A DNA stretch of 64,000 bases, from NCBI GenBank assembly GCA_964016885.1, contig OZ024750.1, positions 48,422,001 to 48,486,000 of the forward strand. The letters are read 5' to 3'. The position numbers were made by a program, and so were the translations under genes. Shown here piece after piece: positions 55,998 to 64,000 of the stretch (the stretch's first letter is position 1; every line of letters starts with the position of its first letter). The notes beneath the pieces were generated by a model. It searched no databases and was not told where the DNA came from. It saw nothing but the letters and a program-made list of their open reading frames with translations. The stretch comes from Eledone cirrhosa (Eukaryota).

Positions 55998-56247
55998 AAA
56001 TAATGAATAATAACAGGTAGAGATAATAAAAAGGTAAATTATTATGTGTGCTTACAAATATTTCCACGGTGGTTATACAGCCTAGTTGGTCTATGTGCAA
56101 AATTATATCTATTTGCAAAACTCAATTATCAAATGGTGTGACCACTGTATCCCCAGCGCAGAATGGTTAACATGTAAAATGTAAATACCCTTAAGGGAAG
56201 TTATTGGGGAAGATAGAATAGAACAGGAAGAGATAAAGAAGGGGAGG

Positions 56248-56293
<46 letters not shown>

Positions 56294-56850
56294 GGGGTTG
56301 GGAAACTGGGAGAGAGTGGTTTGTAGAATACAGATATCTTAAGCAAAATGTTGTTTTAGGGGTTTTATTATACTGGTTACTCTCAAAGCGACAACCTTAA
56401 GCGATGAGTTGATAGTTAAGGTTGGAATTATGTATTGCTACAGAGGGCAGGTTCATATATGTGGAGAGGGAGGGAGGTGGACCAAGGGCGAGAGATAGAT
56501 AGATAGATAGAGAGAGAGAGGGGGGTGGAATGGAGAGAGAGAGGAACCGATAGAGATAGAGAGGGGACAGACGAAAGCTATGTGATGAGGGTACATTGAG
56601 TTCATAGTTGTAGGATACAAATTGCACTTAGCTATCCATTTATAGTGATAAGCAGGGTATTGTCTTCTAGTGTGGGGGATATAGTTAAGAAGTTGTTATT
56701 GAGAGAAAGTAGTTAGCTAGAGAGCAATGTTATAGTTACGGGTTCGAATGCTAAATTATTTTATAGTGAGATAATTTAGCCTTCAGTTTGTGGTTGCAGT
56801 GTAATGATCGTTCGATTCTGTCATTTAGTAATTTATTTTTCGATTTTAAG
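55998..56850 (-). mobile_element. 3' fragment of the PLE family at 12324-14490
   Basis: 56775-56835 is the reverse complement of 13620-13680; terminus matches 12324-12510. Confidence 0.75.
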
Positions 56851-56897
56851 ATGTACTAATTAACCAATACTGCATCCAGGATAATCTTATACCTAAA

Positions 56898-56954
<57 letters not shown>

Positions 56955-57226
56955 TATGTATACATACATATATGTTTATAGACGCATAGTAGTATGTATA
57001 TATATATACATACATACATGCACACATATATATATATATGTGCATATGGGTATACTGAACCTTTATTATAATGTACCGTTTGTTTGTAAATTGTCCCGAA
57101 TTACGCCGTACAGTGCTCGGCAACGATCGTCGCCCTTCTGTTCAACACTGACACATGAACGATGTACTAGTTTCAAGGCTGTAAATAAATATCCTTGTTT
57201 GTACTCTCAAGCATGTTATTCTTCAC

Positions 57227-57276
<50 letters not shown>

Positions 57277-57505
57277 TTTTGCGAGGTTTTTTATGTAAAC
57301 TATATATATATGTGTTTGTCTATATTGTATCTGTATTATTTTATTTTTGACCGCCGGTCAGTCAATGGCAACATTGAGGACCGAGTAAGTTAGATCGCAG
57401 ATATATATATATAAAAGACAGCGAGAAGCGAAAACCAACCAAACAGTGAGTGTGTTCTGTTATTAATTCTGGCAATATTACGCAAATATGACCCTCCCCA
57501 AATAT

Positions 57506-57578
<73 letters not shown>

Positions 57579-57579
57579 A

Positions 57580-57614
<35 letters not shown>

Positions 57615-57667
57615 TACATATATATATATATGTATATATATATATAATATGTATATATATAATATAT

Positions 57668-57728
<61 letters not shown>

Positions 57729-57800
57729 ATTATAATATATAATATATTATATATATATATAATATATATAATATATTATATATATATAATATATTATTCA

Positions 57801-57833
<33 letters not shown>

Positions 57834-57907
57834 ATATATATTATAATATATAATATATTATATATATATATAATATGTATAATATATTATATATATATAA
57901 TATATTA

Positions 57908-57969
<62 letters not shown>

Positions 57970-58000
57970 AAAGAATAGAGGTGTAACACGCAAGTTATTA

Positions 58001-58392
58001 TATATTGGTAAACTGAATAGAAAATGCTGACAAATTGTTCACAGTTGAAAAATGGTTTAATTAGGAATAAAAGAGTATTAGTGATTGTATGGGTTAGTAT
58101 TCAGTTGTGGTTTTAAGCTTTTAAGTTTTTACCGGTTGCTGATTTCTAAATGCTTTTCAAAAATAATTTTGAGATAGAGTGTCCGTGCTGTTTGCTCTGA
58201 TCTGAGCAAACAGCACGGACACTCTATCTCAAAATTATTTTTGAAAAGCATTCAGAAATCCGCAACCGGTAAAAACTTAAAAACTTAAAACCACAACTGA
58301 ATACTAACCCATACAATCACTAATACTCTTTTATTCCTAATTAAACCATTTTTCAACTGTGAACAATTTGTCAGCATTTTCTATTCCGTTTA

Positions 58393-58400
<8 letters not shown>
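58001..58400. repeat. 400 bp near-perfect palindrome (197 bp arms, 6 nt loop)
   Basis: Symmetric about 58200/58201 (GTTTGCTC tgatct GAGCAAAC); only a handful of mismatches; each arm has a TTGAAAA..AACCGGTA HHR-like relic. Confidence 0.95.
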
Positions 58401-58424
<24 letters not shown>

Positions 58425-58428
<4 letters not shown>

Positions 58429-61410
58429 TGTAAACAATCCACCTCAACTTGCGTGAACACACGATACTCCGCAGACAGTAAATTAAGACCAATTGTAGCG
58501 GACCCACAATGTGAAACACGCGGACTAAGAAACTTTATAGACATACTACTAAAACAAACTTTCAAATATATACCAAGCCTTGTAAGAGACGATATGCACC
58601 TCTTAATCCACCTCCACAAACATGTCAAAACGACACTATCATTGTGTCTTTTGATGCTGTGAATTACTACACAACGCTCCCAGGATTCTGGCTAGAGAAA
58701 TATCCCAATGAGATACCTGACAGAATAGAAAAAGCTTCATCACCGAGGCATTAGAATTTATTTTACAGAACAACTTTTTTTTATTTAGATGTCAGTACTT
58801 TCAAGCAAATATCGGTGATTGCGATGGGTACAAAAGCCGCTCCAACTTATGCCAACTTAGTCATGGCATACTTGGAAGTTCAGATATATGAACAGTCCAA
58901 ATCAAAATACGGATTGAACTTCCACAAATATTTATCAGAGAATTGGAAACGCTAATTGGATGATTGTCTCATTCTTTGGTCTCACAAACTCGGCCAACTA
59001 AATTATTTCAAATATTTAATTAACGGCATCAATAACCACATCCAATTCACGATGGAATACAGCCAAGATCAACTCCCATTTCTGGACATCTTAATCTTTT
59101 AAAAAGACACAAACATTGAAACTGATATACACTACAAACCAACAGATTCCAAATTATACCTGCTATTCACCTCCAACCATCCAAAGCACACGAAGACGAA
59201 GATCCCGTTTAACCTAGCAAGAAGAATTTGCACAGATGTCTCCAATTAGGAAACGGGAAATAAAAGACTTCAAGAATTAATGGAAATTCTATCGAAAGAC
59301 AGTACCGACCATTACTAATAAATAATGGAATAGAAAGCGCTAAAGCAATAGACAATGATGAATTACAAAAACAGAAACAAATTCAAGGTACGTCCAATAT
59401 TCTATCGTATATCTCAACACACAACCCGAGAATTGCGGAAGCTTACAACATTATTCGAAAGAACATCCCACTATTGAAACAAGACACGCAAAATAATCAA
59501 AAGCAAAAGACAACCGAAATCACTAAAAACATTACTCACCAATGCCAAATTACCTACAACAAACCCACAACCAACTGTCAAAAAATGTGATCGCTCAAAT
59601 TGTGGAAACTGCACTCACCTCATTGAAGGCAAAACGTTTACATTTCAACCAGGACAACATTTTGCTGTAAAAACTCACTTCACTTACTCATCAAAAAATC
59701 TAATTAATGCCATTAAGTGTAAATGATGCAATGACGATTATATAGGACAAACTAAACTCAAACTCAGAAACAGAATGACAGTTCATCGCCAACAATTACG
59801 AGATCCAACCACGAGACAAATAGCCATAAACACACATATAGACATGTGCGCAAGTAATAAGACACCCAAATTCCAAGTCTTCCCATTTTATCTTTGCCCT
59901 GACAATAAAACAGAACAAATACGAATAAATAAGGAAAATATGTTTATTCAAAAATATAGTCCAGCATTAAATATAGTTTAATATACATTATGTCAACACC
60001 ATAACAAGGTAACTATCCAAACAGACACATACATACACACACACATAACACCTTCTACATTAGAAATTATAAACCAAAACTAAATAAAACTTAACATACG
60101 TTAATACTCTGACACCTTAACTTGCTATACACACACACACACACAAACATAGACACACACACATATAACTCCCTCCCCATTTCTACTAACGGAATCATTC
60201 CCCCCCCCCCACACACACACACAAATATATATTTTCTCCATCTTAACATGCTAACCATACACCCACACACACACATACACACACATAACAGCCATACACA
60301 CACACATAACACCCATACACACAAAATTCCCTCTCCTATTTCTACTAATAGAATCATTTTCCTACACACGCAGAGACATAAAATGTATATATTCTCTCCA
60401 TCTTAACATGCTGAACATACACCCACACACACATACACACACACACACACCTAACACATACACACACACACACATAACACATATACACACACACAACTCC
60501 CTCCCCCATTTCTACTAATAGAATCATCTTCCTACACCCACACACAAAAGCACACAAATAAACATTCATGTCTCTACTTACTTTATTTCAATAGAAATTC
60601 TGTATTCTGACACCCCAGCGCACTAGCAATATACACTGAAACTGAACAATTATCCCCATCCCATTTCTCTTGAACATTATCTTTTGTTTGGCACAACATT
60701 CGCTAAAAGGCTACAAAATAAATTCCCAAATACGGGCACGAACTTTAAATGTACTTATTCACGTGACAATGATAATTTCATTTATATCCAATCAAATCCC
60801 ATTTCAGTACATCAGTCATACTCAGAACAACCCCCTCCATACATTTTTCTTGACCATTATCTTTTGTTTGGCACACACTACTCTAAATGGCTATAACGAA
60901 ATTCAAAAATACTTGAGTGAAATTTAATGTACTTGTTCATGTGACAGTCATAATTTCATTTATAACCAATCAAATTACATTTATTGAAAGAAAAAGCCTT
61001 GGAGACACTTTTTTTAAAGTAAAAAGAAATTCAAACACAAACTGGCGCGAAAGCTGATGTGCTTATTCACGTGACTGCATCAACCAACCAAACGTCACTC
61101 ATATAAGAAAAAAACAACCTGAGCCTCTTTTTTTTTAAGAACTTTTGTAACGCGAACTGGCGCGAAATGTATTATACTTATTCACCTACCAACCAAATTA
61201 CTTCTCTAAATTCCTGGCATTTCGAGCCACTTTTTTCCATATAAAACAAGTAACATTCAAAGACCAACCAAATGTGAGAAAAAACACAAACCCTCCATCT
61301 CAATTCTACTTTTAAAAAGCAGAACTGCGAAACCGGTAAAGGAACAAAATAAATATACATAAAAAAAGAAACCTCCAGTTGTACTTTCGATTTCAACTTC
61401 TTTCCTTTTA
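58425..61410 (+). mobile_element. Decayed Penelope-like element (RT + GIY-YIG + long 3' tail/pLTR)
   Basis: LRPIVADPQCETRGLRNFIDILLK, AMGTKAAPTYANLVMAYLE, LDDC, LPFLDI, AIKC..YIGQT..RNRMTVH; same family as 34240-36440; stops and frameshifts. Confidence 0.9.
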
Positions 61411-61419
61411 TATATATAT

Positions 61420-61480
<61 letters not shown>

Positions 61481-61484
<4 letters not shown>

Positions 61485-62201
61485 GAAAATATAGAAATTA
61501 TTGTGAGCAAGAAGCCAACAGTATTGAATAATATATAAGTGACTATAACGTCAAAATTGAAAATAATTAACGTAAGACTTGGGAAAATAATTCAAACTCA
61601 AATTTAAAAAAATCAAGACATTGATTTTATCCACAGATTTTGTGGAAAAAATACAAATGCTCTAAATAGTTTTAAAAGACTATTTCACGAAACTTTTCAG
61701 TGGAGATGGTCACGGTTGTAGTCGTTCCTCAGTAGAGCTCAAACACGATAACCCTATTATACTGCCAAAATATGCCCAAAGGGGAATTTGAAAGCAGTCT
61801 AGTTCACCTCGTGCGGAATTATAAAAATAAACACACATGGAGAGACATGGCTGGTGACGTCAGAATGAGACGAATGTCTATTTACAAGCAACAGCAATAA
61901 ACGACATTCCGAAAATACTCTACAAAATGTAAGGAGTCCAGCAAAATAGCAATATTATCGCGTTTTCTTTTTAAAAAGACCGGGATTAGTCACAAATAAT
62001 TTTAAGCACTCTAGGAATAATTCCGAGTATAAATATAAATGAAAATATAGAAATTGTTGTGAGCAAAAATCCAACAGTATTTCATAATATATAAGTGACT
62101 ATAACGTCAAAATGAAAAATAATTAACGTAAGATAAGAGAAAAAAATCAAACTTAAATTTTAAAAATCAAGACAGAGATTGTATTCACAGATTTTGTGAA
62201 A
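61481..62201 (-). mobile_element. Retrozyme-like element: ~165 bp direct repeats (period 556) enclosing a complete HHR
   Basis: AAATGAAAATATAGAAATT at 61481 and 62037; HHR 61659-61738; (TA)n at the 3' end. Confidence 0.8.
61659..61738 (-). ncRNA. Complete type I HHR motif, canonical core
   Basis: Minus strand GCUCUA-CUGAGGA-ACGA..UCGU-GAAA-UAGU(CUUUUAAA)ACUA-U-U-UAGAGC: 6 bp stem I, 4 bp stem II, 5 bp stem III, AUU triplet. Confidence 0.85.
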
Positions 62202-62257
62202 TCCAGGGAAAAAAACAATTTCCCTTCTGTGTCTTTTATATCTGTTAATTTACTTTA

Positions 62258-62754
62258 TTCGGTCCTCAATGTTACCATTGACTGAGCAACGGTAAAACAA
62301 TACAGATACAATATAGACACAAACACATATATATATAGTCTAACAAAGTCCTTTCGTTGCACATCTGCGACATCGTCAGTGGTTTCCTCTCGTTGTATTA
62401 TATGCTTACGCCATCTTTATTTAGTATGTTTATTTATTTATTTATTTATTTTTTGTCTTCCCTGCTCATGTGTTTGCGTGTGTGTATACACATCAAACAA
62501 GACACTATACACACACGGAAACGTATGCGCAGAGAAAACTAAATAAATAAACAAAAAATAAATAAATAAACAAACAGACTAAATAAAGATGGCGTAGGCA
62601 TACAATACAACGGGAGGAAACATAATAGCACCACTGACGATGTTACAGATGTGCAACGAAAGAACTTTCTTAGACTATATATATATGTGTTTGTGTCTAT
62701 ATTGTATCTGTATTTTTGACCGCTGGTCAGTCAATGGTAACATTGAGGACCGAA
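62258..62754. mobile_element. ~500 bp fold-back of a PLE tail family (fragments at 46864-47000, 55655-55760, 57300-57512)
   Basis: TTCGGTCCTCAATGTTACCATTGACTGA...TCAGTCAATGGTAACATTGAGGACCGAA termini; CTGACGA..GAAAG partial HHR core at 62634-62662 and its mirror. Confidence 0.8.
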
Positions 62755-62898
62755 ATCCAACCAAGCAGTGAGTGTGTTCTGTTACTAATTCTGGCAATAT
62801 TATTACGCAAATATGACCCCACCCCCACGCCCAGTATAAAAATATTTGTTTCGACACACGATTTCATATCAAAAACCTCGCATAAAAATTCATCGCCG

Positions 62899-62973
<75 letters not shown>

Positions 62974-63943
62974 TAAAAAAATAATGAATAAAACAAAGAA
63001 ACAGTTCCTTATATTAAACAAAAAAAGTTCATTATTTAACGATCGTTTCTAGGACATATATGTGTTAGAATTGGCATGCATATTCAAAAGATCTATGTAT
63101 AAAATTATACAAACTATCAAGGAGATTATACATACCATCACATATATATGCTGTCTTCAGAAATAATGAAGTATATTTATTGATAATAACAACAATTCAA
63201 AATTACAGGTCTGTTTGGGAACAGATTTTAAATAAACCAATGAAATACATAAAAATTCATCAAGAAAATACAGTTAGGTGTGTGTATATATGTAAGTAAC
63301 TTCGTTCACAGACATGCATAAAAATGTATGTTCACATGCATAAGCATGTCGAAAAAGTGTATGTAAATATAAAAAAAGTAGGGCTAATGTCTCTGTATGT
63401 TTATAATCCACAGACAAAATATACATACATATACATATATATATACATACATATATACACACATATACATACATCCATACACACACACGCATATATACAT
63501 AAACACACACATACCTACGAACACAAACATATATACACACACACACAGACACATACGTATATATTATTATTATAACTATATGGATATTGAGGCGCACACA
63601 TAAACACGGCCACACACACTTACATTTAGATGCAGAATTAAAAGGAGGTAAGGGAGTAAGTAATTAAAGGAGAGTGTCAGACTCAGCATATTTATAAAAA
63701 TGTATCTATAAAGTTAGAAGTAAAAAGAAATATAATAAAAGAAATATAATAAAAACATAAAAAAACATAAAAGAGAGACATAAAATATACATGCTTATAT
63801 ACATACGCACATTTACACATCCAAACGTTCGATACATACATACGTACACACACACATACACATACTTAACCTCACGCATATTAACCTGTTTGTATGCATA
63901 TACATAAAAACAAGTAAAACATATACTCATACATATAAATACA

Positions 63944-63999
<56 letters not shown>

Positions 64000-64000
64000 C

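Noticed and set aside
59724-59726. In-frame TGA in the GIY-YIG region as possible selenocysteine
   Set aside because: The paralogue near 34665 has GGA (Gly) at this position, and this copy has many other stops

Overview
AT-rich, microsatellite-saturated animal genomic DNA. The SINE family and the (TA)n density point to a cephalopod such as Octopus (inference). No host gene can be called with confidence; there are only two weak exon candidates. Nearly all six-frame ORFs are (TA)n artefacts. Real coding remnants are one long intact-frame, 5'-truncated Tx1/L1-clade LINE inserted in a (TATC)n tract (30732-33287), at least five decayed Penelope-like element (PLE) RT/GIY-YIG fragments, RTE fragments, a pogo-like DNA transposon, a non-autonomous Helitron and about 12 SINEs. 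The main signal not shown by the ORF track is about 25 type I hammerhead-ribozyme (HHR) motifs, found by eye, from at least 10 distinct repeat families. They sit in short non-coding elements embedded in (TA)n, arranged either as 510-680 nt direct-repeat monomers (retrozyme or tandem pseudo-LTR like) or as long inverted repeats with a ribozyme on each strand. Several show compensatory stem changes and family-specific core variants (U3-A8, C4, U9). All folds were paired manually; none has been computed or tested.
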